Assembly: GCA_963797095.1 (NCBI GenBank)
Contig: CAWCNY010000008.1
Coordinates: 1-64,000, forward strand
DNA: 64,000 nucleotides
Direction of reading: 5' to 3'
Source of the DNA: an uncultured Chloroflexia bacterium
GTDB taxonomy: Bacteria; Chloroflexota; Chloroflexia; QHBQ01; JADMIH01
Shown: piece by piece, positions 48,562 to 59,375 of the stretch
How the letters are laid out: every line of letters begins with the position of its first letter
Position numbering within the stretch: position 1 is the stretch's first letter
The notes under the pieces: model-generated
What the model was told of the DNA's origin: nothing
What the model saw: only the letters and a program-made list of their open reading frames with translations
The model's database searches: none
Translations under genes and position numbers: made by a program

Positions 48562-50493
48562 TCATAGGATGAGCAGCCGTTCGGCGAGTTGTAAGGCATC
48601 TGCGGGCCATAGTGCGGCGGGCCTCGGCTGGCGCGTAGGTGTGACACCATGCATAGGGCGGCAGGATAGAATCATGGCGCGCCACTGCTCAGGCCAGGCC
48701 TCCCGCCCATACACTGCGCCGAGTAGTGCGCCGCAAATTGCTCCATTGGTATCCGTATCTCCACCAGATCGAACTGTTTGCACTACCCCCTCTGCTGCCC
48801 CTGGAGCGTGCAGCAGACGATAGAAAGCGTTCTGCAGAGCGATGAGCACCCAACCCTGTTGGTGCATATAGTCGTCAGGTGGCGACTTAGCTGCCTTGCC
48901 TAAGGCATTCATGACCGGTTCGGGCACGCCCCGTTGCTGCGCCCAGGAAAGGGTCCAGGTATATACCTCTTGCGGAGTGCCGCCGTCCGCTATTGTATGA
49001 GCTATCGTGGCCGCAAATAGCCCCGATGCTGCCTGGCACACCGGGTGTGGATGGGTGAGCGAAGCATCGGAGCGTGCGGCTTCGTCAACCTCAAGGGGCG
49101 GACGCTGCCAGCCCCAGATACCGATCGGGCTCACACGCATGAGTGCACCATTTGCTTGGCTGGTGGTGCTGGCACTCGAGCGACAGACGGCGGCGCAATT
49201 ACGTTCAGTCATGTTCCTGGGTTGCACAGATCCGAGCGCCTGGGCTGTGGTATTTCCAACATCGAACGGACGGCACCCAGGGTGGCTACACGATTCTGGA
49301 CCTTCCTGGTGCAGCCAGCCGTGGTACCAGGAGGCATAGAGGGAGGCCACGTCATTAGCATCGAAGCCCTTTCTGCGCACAAGCGACCGTGCCAGGAGAA
49401 GCGCCAGCTCAGAATCGTCGGTTGGCTGGCCGGCCATAATGCGGTGAGGCCCTCCGTCGGCAAGCTCGCTGGGCCCACCATTGGGATAAGAGCGGGCGAT
49501 TGTCGTTGCTGATTGAAACTCGACGAGCGCACCCAGGCTGTCGCCTGCGAGCTGGCCCAAAAGGCAACCCTGTGCTCGGCGTAAGATCGCGGTATCGTGA
49601 ACCAGCTGCCCCGGTTCCAGGCGCACCGGAATTAGGGGGCTGAGGTCTGCGAGAGGAGCCGCTATACCAAACCCGCTGCCAAGGACCCGGCTCCAGGACC
49701 GGGAAGCTAACTCGACAGCCACTTTCGGATCACCACCAAAGCAGTAGCCGGTGTGACTGCGGCCGTCGAGGGTATAGATCACTTCCTCACCGCGCTCGTT
49801 GACCAGTACACCACCGACACCCTTCAGTAAGGCATGCCCGGCACCGTAGTCATAGTCGCCAGGTGAATTGAGCGAAACCGCTGCTATGCCTTCGGTAGCA
49901 GCCAGGGCCAGGCGATACGCGATGCTCGGCACATCCCGAAAGCGCGCCGGCTGAATACATTGCAGGTTGCCGTAAGGGTGACGGTCGGCGCCCTGCGACA
50001 CGAACACCACGCTGTCGGGCTCGAGCGCGCCAGGCCATTTCCTTGGGGGCAGGGGGCGACCGTTTCGTTGCAGCGGGCCGCAGCCTTCAGCCCATGCGAA
50101 TAGATCGCCATCGTCATCGGGTGCATCCACAGCGTATACGACACCCAGCACAGGCTCACCGGCCACCAGCAAGGCAATAGAGACGGCATGGCCCCGGAAG
50201 CCGTCCTGCATAGCTTCTGTGCCGTCGTTAGGATCTACCAGCCATATGTGGTCCTCTCCAGAAGCTGGAGGCTGGAAGCCGGTTTCCTCGCCGCGATAAC
50301 CCCAATCATCAGGACATGCTTGAAGCAAGTGCCTTCGGATCACACGCTCCGCCTCATCGTCAGCAGGGGAGTGACCTCTTGGACCACGAGGGCCTTGCAG
50401 GCGGGCACACTCGGCGCGGAGAATTGCCGCCGCAGCATGGGCAGCGTCCAGGGCAGCTTGTAAAGCAGACTGGTAAGAGAAACTGGTATGCAT
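48562..50493 (-). CDS. Inositol-monophosphatase-family / ADP-ribosylglycohydrolase fusion
   Basis: GEE, WLVDPNDGT, DYDYGAG (IMPase); GDSLGA..EF, PTDDSE, ANGALMR, GGDTDTN (ARH). Confidence 0.88.
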   Translation of the reverse strand: MHTSFSYQSALQAALDAAHAAAAILRAECARLQGPRGPRGHSPADDEAERVIRRHLLQACPDDWGYRGEETGFQPPASGEDHIWLVDPNDGTEAMQDGFRGHAVSIALLVAGEPVLGVVYAVDAPDDDGDLFAWAEGCGPLQRNGRPLPPRKWPGALEPDSVVFVSQGADRHPYGNLQCIQPARFRDVPSIAYRLALAATEGIAAVSLNSPGDYDYGAGHALLKGVGGVLVNERGEEVIYTLDGRSHTGYCFGGDPKVAVELASRSWSRVLGSGFGIAAPLADLSPLIPVRLEPGQLVHDTAILRRAQGCLLGQLAGDSLGALVEFQSATTIARSYPNGGPSELADGGPHRIMAGQPTDDSELALLLARSLVRRKGFDANDVASLYASWYHGWLHQEGPESCSHPGCRPFDVGNTTAQALGSVQPRNMTERNCAAVCRSSASTTSQANGALMRVSPIGIWGWQRPPLEVDEAARSDASLTHPHPVCQAASGLFAATIAHTIADGGTPQEVYTWTLSWAQQRGVPEPVMNALGKAAKSPPDDYMHQQGWVLIALQNAFYRLLHAPGAAEGVVQTVRSGGDTDTNGAICGALLGAVYGREAWPEQWRAMILSCRPMHGVTPTRQPRPAALWPADALQLAERLLIL

Positions 50494-51409
50494 TGCTAAG
50501 ATCTACCTCTGGTGGATGCGATTTCTCATGGGCTGCAGCGGCCGGCAGGCGTAGGTGGAGGGCGGAGATATAGATATAGTAGTGGTGTAACGCTCTATGT
50601 ATTTCACTGGCCGGAAGTCCTGGGCGGCGAGTGCCGCTTATCGCGGCAGGAATACCAGTCCCCCGCAAACGGGGCCACTGCCTCCCCAAAGATGTCAGTA
50701 AGCCAAAGGCGACAATAAAAGACATTTGGACCGAAGGTGGGCCTGCCGAAGACTTCGTTCCATTTCGTGGGGAACTGGGCTTCTATAGTTGACGAATTCT
50801 TCAGCGTGGGATTCGTCGAAGGCTTGTGGGTGGTATGCAAAAGCAGTCGGTCTCCGGCCACCGGACGTGCATATTGGGTCCGACCCATACTCGTTTGGCA
50901 GTCTTGCGCAATGCCTTTACCGGATAAGGCGGGGGCTATAGGTGTAGCCGTAATACATATAAACGGCACCTTCTTTGATATCATCGAGCGTCTCGACAAT
51001 TGGACTTTCAGCCCTGACAGGCCAGTTGAGATGATGTCGCACCTTCAGGTATGGATCACAACTATCGATTGGGACCTTGTTCATTAGATGCCCCTTGCTG
51101 AGGAGACTTAGCAAAGAATTGACGTTAGCTTAGCAAATGCCCGAGCTTGCGTCAACTTTGGAAGGATGAAACGCCCTCGCCTTTTACCCTCCAGGGACCC
51201 CAAAATAACGCCGGATTTTGACGGCCAATCTGATGATCAAACCCGCAAACTTCGATAGAGGCAGGCGTACAAGGATAACCCGATTAGCATCTGGAAACCT
51301 TTCCTGGGTCCAGAATTGAACGCTGCCTCAAGTTTCGTATATTTCGTTTGTTGCGATTATTTCAATTCTGTGCTATTATGTGTTATGAGCTGGAAAGGAG
51401 GAACTATCT

Positions 51410-51853
51410 ATGGCATTCACACCTGTGCCCGATCCGGTCACGGCTGCTCCTAATGAGCAGCATGTACTCGGAATGCTCGACGATGTCTTGCAGGCAGAGC
51501 AGCCCAGCGTTCCAAAGTTGCTTGGTCCGAACGGAGAGGAGATCGAACTTCCAGCATCGCTTCTCTATTTGTTGAAGCAAATGGTTCATGATATGTCCCA
51601 GGGCCGTGCTGTCATGCTTGTATCTCGCGATCAAATGCTCACCACTCAGCAAGCAGCAGATATACTCAACGTTTCGCGTCCATTTCTGGTAAAGCTTCTG
51701 GAAGAGCAGCGGATTCCCTTTATCAAGACCGGTAAACATCGCCGGATCACTTTCGAAGACCTGATGGTATACAAACACAAGCGCGATGCTCAACGCCGTC
51801 AAGGGTTGGCCGAGCTAACCCGGCTGGGCGAAGATATGGGCGACTACGATTAA
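51410..51853 (+). CDS. Excisionase-like HTH antitoxin
   Basis: LTTQQAADILNVSRPFLVKLLE..GKHRR. Confidence 0.88.
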   Translation: MAFTPVPDPVTAAPNEQHVLGMLDDVLQAEQPSVPKLLGPNGEEIELPASLLYLLKQMVHDMSQGRAVMLVSRDQMLTTQQAADILNVSRPFLVKLLEEQRIPFIKTGKHRRITFEDLMVYKHKRDAQRRQGLAELTRLGEDMGDYD

Positions 51854-51897
51854 TCCGACCTGAGCGATAAACGTAACTAACACGACAAATGTAATCA

Positions 51898-52485
51898 ATG
51901 TCTTCCTTTGGGGTTGTGCTCGATGCAAATATCCTCTTCTCGGCCCCGTTGCGCGACACTCTCTTGCGTGCCGCCGACGCGGGCCTCTTTCGCTTGCATT
52001 GGACAGACCAGATCCTTGAGGAAGTCCGCCGCAACCTGATCGAAACCGGACGCTCAACCAAGCAGAAGGCTGATCGCCTGGTGACCACCATGCAGACATA
52101 TTTCCCGGAGGCCAACGTGACGGGGTACGAGCCAATCCTTCCTGCTATGACGAACGATCCCAAGGATCGACACGTACTGGCAGCAGCAGTAATTTCCAGG
52201 TGTCAGGTGATAGTCACCCACAACCTTCGTGATTTTCCTGAAGCCGCCCTCTCTGCATTCAAAATAGAGGTCCAATCCCCGGACCGCTTCCTCACCTACC
52301 TCTTCGACCTTGCCCCGGATATAATGACTCAGATCGTCAAGGATCAAGCTGCCGATCTCCACACCCGACCCCAGACCGTGGACCGCGTCCTCGATAGCCT
52401 CGCCAGGCATGCACCGGAGTTTGCAGATCTTGCCCGAGAGCATCTCTCCCTGGCTTCAACGACGAGTATTGTTTCCCACTGTTGA
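51898..52485 (+). CDS. PIN domain toxin (PIN_3 type)
   Basis: VLDANIL, DPKDRHVLAAA, IVTHNLRDFP, SPDRFL. Confidence 0.88.
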   Translation: MSSFGVVLDANILFSAPLRDTLLRAADAGLFRLHWTDQILEEVRRNLIETGRSTKQKADRLVTTMQTYFPEANVTGYEPILPAMTNDPKDRHVLAAAVISRCQVIVTHNLRDFPEAALSAFKIEVQSPDRFLTYLFDLAPDIMTQIVKDQAADLHTRPQTVDRVLDSLARHAPEFADLAREHLSLASTTSIVSHC

Positions 52486-52559
52486 GGGCCTTACACGAAC
52501 AAGGGTTTCATGTGCCACAAGATATTGCCGTCGTAGGCACGGACAACCTCGATTTTGGG

Positions 52560-52726
52560 CAGATCACAGGCCGAGTCTGACCACCGTCAGCTATGATATC
52601 CAGGCTATTGGCGCGCGAGTTATCGACTTGATCGATGCTCTTCTGCGCTCACGTGATGAAGTTTCGACTGCTCTGCCGTTCCCGCCCTTGCCATCGCCAA
52701 CGCTTATTGTGCGCGAGTCCACTTAA
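52560..52726 (+). pseudogene. LacI-family regulator, C-terminal remnant
   Basis: PSLTTVSYD..IG..PTLIVREST*. Confidence 0.65.
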
Positions 52727-53009
52727 TCGGTCAGTGGGGCCGTGGCCTACTGCGGAGAGAAGTGAACACATAGGAACCTACCAGGCTAGTGCAAGACCAA
52801 AGGTACTGGCCTCGGACATATAAATAGGGTGCCCTATAGACACTTTCGAGGTGCCCAACCGGTCGGTTCGCCGGGAACCTGATTTTGGTCATGGCCAACT
52901 CCTTTCGGTCTCTATTCTTTTGCTTCATGTGGAGAGGCCGGGGTAAGGCTACCTGCCCTATCCCGGCCTGCGGCTTGTTGTCGCTTCTACATAGCAACGG
53001 CTGTGTTCT

Positions 53010-53561
53010 CTAGTATCTGCCCGAGAGGATCTGCTGGACGCGCTCCTGCTCATGGGGGGTGAGGTTGGTGCGGATGATCTTGCCGCCTGTGCCACGGAAG
53101 TAGCTCGCTACCTTTTCGGGATCGTGGCTCTCGACCAGTGCGAAGATGGCAGACTGGCCCCGCTTTATCGTCTCGGATACCTCATCTACAAAGTCTTCCG
53201 ATAGACCGTAATCCGCTTTGTCCATGTCGGCCACCGCGGCGCCGGTCGCCCCTCCGAGAGCCGCCCCACTGACTGCACCTGCCGCCACCGCTCCGGCTGC
53301 TGTTGCTGCGCTCAAACCTCCGGTGAATGGGGCCAGAGCCAGCCCGCCCAGGACCGTGCCTAGCAGCACACCCCAGCCCGCACCCGCCAGGGTGGTCGGC
53401 TTGTAGCTATCCTGGATGTGCAGTTTGCCGTCCCCGTCCCTCGCCACCGCTACCGCGTCGTGGATGTCCACGATCCAATCGTAGCTGAGATTGCGTAGGG
53501 TTTCCATGTTCTCCTTGGCGCTATGCTCGTTCTTGTATGTCACGACGATCAGGTCTTCCAT
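53010..53561 (-). CDS. DUF1269 family membrane protein
   Basis: DAVAV, Gly-zipper segment, SAIFALV, GGKIIRTNL. Confidence 0.82.
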   Translation of the reverse strand: MEDLIVVTYKNEHSAKENMETLRNLSYDWIVDIHDAVAVARDGDGKLHIQDSYKPTTLAGAGWGVLLGTVLGGLALAPFTGGLSAATAAGAVAAGAVSGAALGGATGAAVADMDKADYGLSEDFVDEVSETIKRGQSAIFALVESHDPEKVASYFRGTGGKIIRTNLTPHEQERVQQILSGRY

Positions 53562-53693
53562 TCTCTTTGCCTCCTATCTGCTTGTCTGGTCTTGTCTCTT
53601 CTGCTTGTCTTGTCTCTTGTGCCGCACGTGGGCCGGTTCACGAGTGCCCCACGTGCGGCTTTCACGGGTGTGATTGTTTTGCGGGCCCGCCGA

Positions 53694-54263
53694 TCACCGG
53701 GCAGCGGACGCGGCGCTTTGCAGCGTCTTGCCAAAGCTCCTGACGCGGAAGGCCAGGACGACGGTGGCGATGCCGAATACGACTGCGTAGCTGGCGATCA
53801 GCCAGAGGATACTCAGCGCGCCGGCCCCTGGGAAGACGAACACCAGCACTCCAAAGATCACCGAGAGGAGGCCAGTGAAGATCAGCATCCACTCGTCGCT
53901 GATTACCTTGCGCAGCTCGATTGCAGCTACGATCTCGAAGATGCCTGTCACGATAGCCCACGCCCCGATGAAGTAGAGCAGGACCTCGGCTGTTATATTG
54001 GGGTAGAAGAAGGTGATGAGGCCCACGATGACGCCGGCTATACCTCCGAGCACCAGCGACCAGCGCGAGCCGCCGGTCAAACCCCACCCCGATATACCCG
54101 TGGCGATGGCGAAGATGCCATCCACCAGGGCGTAAGCTCCGAAGAGCAGCACCAGAGCTGCCAGCGTCGTACCGGGCCAGACGAAGGCCACCAGGCCAAA
54201 GAGGATTGCCGCCACGCCGCGCAAAGCTACCATCCACCAGTTTCGAGTAAGAATCTCTGCCAT
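53694..54263 (-). CDS. HdeD/DUF308 family membrane protein
   Basis: NWWMVALRGVAAILFG..LFGAYALVDG. Confidence 0.88.
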   Translation of the reverse strand: MAEILTRNWWMVALRGVAAILFGLVAFVWPGTTLAALVLLFGAYALVDGIFAIATGISGWGLTGGSRWSLVLGGIAGVIVGLITFFYPNITAEVLLYFIGAWAIVTGIFEIVAAIELRKVISDEWMLIFTGLLSVIFGVLVFVFPGAGALSILWLIASYAVVFGIATVVLAFRVRSFGKTLQSAASAAR

Positions 54264-54572
54264 TTTGATTGTGCTCCTTTCCGTAGATTTCGTACGGTCC
54301 TGTAAGTTGTTCTGGGAACTTTGTGTTAGATTTTTCCCAGCCTTTCTGTATCCGCCCATTGTTGGTGGGCACCTGCCGCCTTTCTATCGGTTTTGCTCGC
54401 CTCCGCTTGACGGTTCTGTGTTGAGTATAGGAGAGGAAGATCCGCAGTTCATGACCCAAGAGTGCCAAAAAGCGACTTTGTGGGGCTCATGAGCGATGGC
54501 GAAAAAGTATCAGTAGAACGCAGCCAGGGCACTAACACTTTTCGCCGGTTGGCTTGCCGGAGCCAGGCGGCG

Positions 54573-54974
54573 TCACGCCTCGGCGGCAAGCCAGACAACC
54601 ACTCGCCAGTTGCTACGCCCCGCCATCCTGTCGAGGAGCGGCTGAATTCGAGGCTCGTGCTTGCCTGTCAGGGCGTGATAGCGCGCATCTACCTCCGCTA
54701 ACTCGGCTGGATTAAGCCAGGTGGGATGCTGGGGGTGCTCTGTGGCTGCCGCCACCTGCACCGCCCGCGACAGATTGGGGGGCAGCCCGCGCTCAGGCGC
54801 GACCGGTAGTTCAGTATTCGTTGCGCCTGTTCCCATAAGCAACGCTAACAGTACGGGCTCCGGTAACAGTACGAGCTCATCGTGGGCGTATAGGGATTCG
54901 ACGTAGAGATAGTGAGCGCCTGAGTTTTCTTCTTCAACATACACGTGGATCTCATAAGAATGAGCGCTAAGCAT
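54573..54974 (-). CDS. Hypothetical protein
   Basis: 133-aa ORF with plausible composition; RGLP..HPTWL. Confidence 0.5.
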   Translation of the reverse strand: MLSAHSYEIHVYVEEENSGAHYLYVESLYAHDELVLLPEPVLLALLMGTGATNTELPVAPERGLPPNLSRAVQVAAATEHPQHPTWLNPAELAEVDARYHALTGKHEPRIQPLLDRMAGRSNWRVVVWLAAEA

Positions 54975-55499
54975 AGCAACAACCTCTCAGGGACGACGGT
55001 AATACGACAAATGGTTTCGAAATTGCATATTGTCTTTCTATTGGGAGTATATAGGAGGAGACGTTGCAAGGGTCATGACCCAGGAGTGCTAATGTTGGAA
55101 AGGAGTCGGCGGCGCAGCTTGGCACTTTTGGGCCATTACACGGGGCATAAGAGCGCATACAATCTGTAGAGGAAGGGTCCGGACGGGACGCAAATCTGGT
55201 TGAGAAAAGCAGGCATTCTGACAATGGCATATGAACATCTACCGGCACCTTGCTCTGCACCTCCGTGAGTTCCATGAGAGGCGCGCAACACAGCCGGTAT
55301 GGCACGATGAGAAAACGGCAACCTGGCACATCTACCGGTATTCCGATGTGGAGCGCGTGCTGACCGACGCTGGGCATTTCGGAGAGGCACGCTTCTCCGG
55401 TTCCTATTTCTCGGCTCTCCCAACCGTCTCTCAGTCGCCAATGGACGCACAACGACACGCGGTCGTCCTCAGCCTAGATCTTGTCAGACCCTTCCTTAG

Positions 55500-56975
55500 C
55501 TCGACTTTGTACATTACCAACTCAATAGCAAACCGCGTAGGCCAGTCTCTCCACGTGTGAGCGTGGGACTAAACAGACATCAGGGTCTGTGGGGGCTGTC
55601 TGAAAAGTGAAGTTGCCCCACAAGTGCCGTCTGACTTGTGCCAGCACGTCCGAGAAGGTAGCCTCCCTCTTTTGGTACCAGGCAGTGCGCTGCACAGGCA
55701 CTTTTCCGTCTGGGTGTAGAGCCTTTCCAAACAGAGCCACCAGGCTGAACATGCCAAGCAAGCAGGGTGTGCTACGCTCAATCGCCAGGTCTGACCATTG
55801 TCGCTGGGTTTCCACTCCCAGGTGTGCTCGGCTCTCCTCAAACGTCACCTCGATAGTCCACCGCTTGATGAACCGGCTCACCACCTCCACTGCCTGCAAG
55901 CTCTGGTCAGTGCACAAGTAGGCTCGCGGTTCTCTGTTGCCTTGAGGGTCACGGGTGAGCACCCACCTGATTGGCAACACCGCAGAGCCAATCCGATACC
56001 ATACGCACGTGCCGCTTGCCACTTCAAGTTCTTGCTCCGATCCGTCATACCACCTTACCTTTATCTTCACCCACTCCGTGTTGGGGTCTGAGAGTACCTG
56101 GCTCAGTTTGGGCAAGGCTGCTCCTTTCACTCTCGGCCTGTCCATTGTGCCCGGTTTGCGAGGTGGCGCAGGTTCATACAAGGCGCATTCCCAACGCATT
56201 GGCGCTACAAGCGTGATCTGGTGCTTGACACAGCACAACCCCAATTCCAAGATCGAATAGGCAGTGTCGCCAACCAACGAAACAGATATGTCTGGTAGCC
56301 AGCGCCTTACCATCATCACCATCTGCTGGGCTATCTCTCCTACCGTCTTGTGCGCCTTACCCAATTGCTCACTTACTTTAGGTGTGGTGGCCAGCACTGA
56401 GAAGAAAGGAAGCGCCCATGCCCTGCTTGACCAGGGTACTTGCACTACCAGCATCATTACCACCCAACGCAACCCACTTGTACTGACCGACTGCTCTTTG
56501 CTCGATTGCACCGAGTCTCGGTAATGGCCGCGCTTGGAGATTTTGCGGCCCCATCTTCTTTCCAGCGTCTCGTCAATAGCAATCTCGACGGTTGCACCTG
56601 CCGCAACAAACGTATTGACCAGCAATTGGAGAAGGAGCCGGCTCAACATTAGGCAAGACCAGCTTGCACGGTTGAGCACCTGATGAAACAGGGTAAAGTC
56701 CTCACCATGTTGCAAGCCCATCTGCTTGAGGGCTGCCGTCACGGTCCGACGGCCTCTTGCCAGGATTGTGCCAACCACCAGCACGAGCGCTTTGTCCCAG
56801 GTTGGACGGGTGAAAGCTGGCCTGAAATGGAGCAGCACCTGTATAATCGGGTTGGGTAGGGACATCGCTTCTCTCCTTGTCGCAGATGGTGTTGTGGTAG
56901 ACTTCCATCTTACAACAAAGGGTCTGCGGGTCCCTTTACCCGTTTTCACCTCCTTTCATTTTGTACAAAGTCGAG
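55500..56975 (-). mobile_element. Complete IS701-like insertion sequence
   Basis: 14-bp perfect TIR CTCGACTTTGTACA; 5-bp target duplication CTTAG at 55495-55499 and 56976-56980. Confidence 0.92.
55522..56865 (-). CDS. IS701-like DDE transposase
   Basis: AIDETLERR, VGDTAYS, RWTIEVTFEESR. Confidence 0.9.
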   Translation of the reverse strand: MSLPNPIIQVLLHFRPAFTRPTWDKALVLVVGTILARGRRTVTAALKQMGLQHGEDFTLFHQVLNRASWSCLMLSRLLLQLLVNTFVAAGATVEIAIDETLERRWGRKISKRGHYRDSVQSSKEQSVSTSGLRWVVMMLVVQVPWSSRAWALPFFSVLATTPKVSEQLGKAHKTVGEIAQQMVMMVRRWLPDISVSLVGDTAYSILELGLCCVKHQITLVAPMRWECALYEPAPPRKPGTMDRPRVKGAALPKLSQVLSDPNTEWVKIKVRWYDGSEQELEVASGTCVWYRIGSAVLPIRWVLTRDPQGNREPRAYLCTDQSLQAVEVVSRFIKRWTIEVTFEESRAHLGVETQRQWSDLAIERSTPCLLGMFSLVALFGKALHPDGKVPVQRTAWYQKREATFSDVLAQVRRHLWGNFTFQTAPTDPDVCLVPRSHVERLAYAVCY

Positions 56976-57861
56976 CTTAGCGAGACACTCTCTCCACGAG
57001 CCATCTTGCAGATGCAGCCACTCGTTGAACGCACTGCAGGTGAGCTGCTCGATCCTCTACTCTCCGCTGGCAAGATGGAGGTCATGAGCGACCTGGCTCG
57101 GCCTCTTGCAGCGTCGGTAGTTGCTGAGTTAGTAAGGGTTCCCCTCGAAGGCAGGGGCCGTAAGGAGTTAAGCATCAGCAGACTACGATCCGTCGAGAGC
57201 GGCGGCCAGCGCCTTACCGGCGATGAGGTAGCCGCCTCGTCTCACTTCTTCATGACAACCGCGCGCCGAACACTCTCGGACATGCTCGGCAACACGCTGC
57301 TCCTTCTCAGCCTGTATCCCGACGTGCTGAAGCGTCTACATCACCAGCCTGCGCCCTTGTACAGCACGGTCGAAGAGGCGATGCGCTACGTGCCTCCTGT
57401 ATGGGCTGCTCAACGCACGGCCATCGCCCCGGTGGCTCTGGGTGGGCAGAATCTGCCTCAGGGAGCACACGTACGCGCCTGGGTTGTCTCGGCTAACCAC
57501 GATCCGGAGCAGTTCGTCCAGCCGGAACGCTTCGACATAGAGCGCGTCCCCAATCGCCGCCTCAGCTTCTGGGACGGTGGCCCTTTCTCCTGCCTGGGCG
57601 TGGGTCCGGTGCGGCTGGCGGCGCGCGTAACCCTGGCTGCCATCGTCAAACGCGTCTCCCGCTTCGAGCTCGCACCTGGAGACGCGGTAGAGGTCGCCAC
57701 GCCACGCGAACCAGAACCAGCTGAGCCGCAAGAAGCGCTGACCCAGCCTGAAATGGAACAGCAAATGCAGCCCTGTACGACCTTGCCTGACCGGTGCAGC
57801 CTCACCAGGCTGGCTGTTGTGTTTGAAGCACGCGATTGAGCAAGAGATATGCTGACCAAAT

Positions 57862-57923
57862 AGCCCTCAGCCCTCAGCCCTCAGCCCTCAGCCCTCAGCC
57901 GTCGACTGCTACCGGCTGAGGGC
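57862..57923. repeat. AGCCCTC x5 heptamer repeat ending in a hairpin
   Basis: GCCCTCAGCC pairs with GGCTGAGGGC. Confidence 0.85.
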
Positions 57924-59375
57924 CGTGTCAACTCAAATGAAAATGTTACCGAGAGAGCCTTAGAAAGCACGGTTCACTCAAATGAAAATGTTACTGAGCT
58001 CGGCCCTCCTCCTTTTTCATGTTTCATGGTGCTTTCATGCTGCTGGTTCTGATCTCGGTAACTTCGGTAACCGCTGTTGTTCTTGCTCTTGCCACAGCCA
58101 TAACTGGGATAACCTCTTGTAGATTTCCTGGCGTAGCTGCCGAGGATTGGTCTGCGTGTACAACAGCTCCAATCTCGCCTGCCCCTCAGCGCTCAACGCC
58201 CCGCACTCTTTCAGCCGCTGGTATGGGGTGCGTGCTTGGTCCAACTTGCGCCTCATTTTGCCTTTCGCTAGCCGATACTGCTTCTCTGATAGATGTAGCA
58301 CCGGCTGGAACAGGTTGTAGTACACCCACATCAACTCGTACAACTCGTTGAGGGAGGCCAAGTGCTGGGCAGTGTCCAGCCTGCCATTGCCCAGGTATGC
58401 CCTCACCAGCGTGTCGTTCTTCTGCTCCACCCACCTGTTGTCGTTCTTGTGGTATGGTCGTGACCTGGATAGACGTAGCCCTGTAAGGTCCTCTCCCCAG
58501 AAGCGTACCATCGCGTCATTGAAGAACTCAGGTCCGTTGTCGGGGTGTAGCTCCTTAGGTGTAGCTCCTTAATGGTGAACGGCACCCTCTCCTGTACGCG
58601 TCGAAACCCCGCCTGCATAGCAATCTGTCCCCTCCCAAGCACCGCCACTCGCTCACTCCACCCTGTGAGAGCGTCCACCATCTGCAAGGTGTGCACGTAC
58701 TCTCCCTGCGTGCTCTCTCCACAGTGATGCACCAGGTCCACCTCGAAGTGCCCAGCCTCCTGTATGTCCCACGGTATTCGACCCATTGGCACTCCTCTGG
58801 TGGCTGAGTTGGCGCGATTGGCGGCTTGCGGTCCTCGCCTGGGCAGAGGGGAGTGGCGGCGACCAAGCCGCGCCAGCTTGGTGAGCGTGCGCTGCACCGT
58901 AGCTCGGCTCACATTGGCAAGTTGCCCCTCCAATTGAGGGGTGAGCACTACCCCCACCCGCTCAAGCTCCCCGAACTGCGCAAGGTGGCGAGCTGTGCAG
59001 AGCAACTGGGGAGTGAGCCGCTCGGCACATACGTAGTCGAGGCTCTCCCACGCCACTTCTACCACAGCTTGCACCGCCTTGCCATAAGTAGGTGGACGTT
59101 TTGCCTGGGGTTTCTTGCGTTCGAGTGCTCCTGTGTGAGCAGAGCGCATCAAGCGGTTGAGGCTCTTGCGGTGCATGCCTGTGACCGCTTCCATCTCTGT
59201 CAGCAGGACACTCCTGCCCTCCTTGTCAGCTTGTGAGTATCTGGGCCACATCTTCTTCAGGTACTTGCGTCTCTCATTCAGCGTCATTGCGTCTTCGGCC
59301 ATACAGCTCCCTCGGTAACATTTTCATTTGAGTGAACTGTAGCACCTTCGGTAACATTTTATCTGAGTGTATACG
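57924..59375 (-). mobile_element. IS481-like (rve/DDE) insertion sequence with a frameshifted transposase at 58035-59302
   Basis: Two ACTCA.ATGAAAATGTTAC-like sites at each end; 6-bp target duplication GAGGGC at 57918-57923 and 59376-59381; EVDLVHH, DNGPEF, VEQKN. Confidence 0.85.

Larger units (their letters stand above)
55231..57839 (+). pseudogene. Cytochrome P450-like gene interrupted by an IS
   Basis: Removing 55500-56980 restores one frame (RPFL|SETLSPR); EEAMRY, QPERFD, SCLG. Confidence 0.8.

Noticed and set aside
50500-51114. Protein-coding gene upstream of IMPase-ARH
   Set aside because: Only short, mutually overlapping frames; possibly a decayed minus-strand gene, but I cannot support a call.
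1907-58571. All frameshifts being sequencing errors
   Set aside because: Not fully excluded, but the longest genes (4.5, 3.2 and 1.9 kb) are clean and the lesions co-occur with deletions and lost motifs, which favours real decay. Read mapping would decide.
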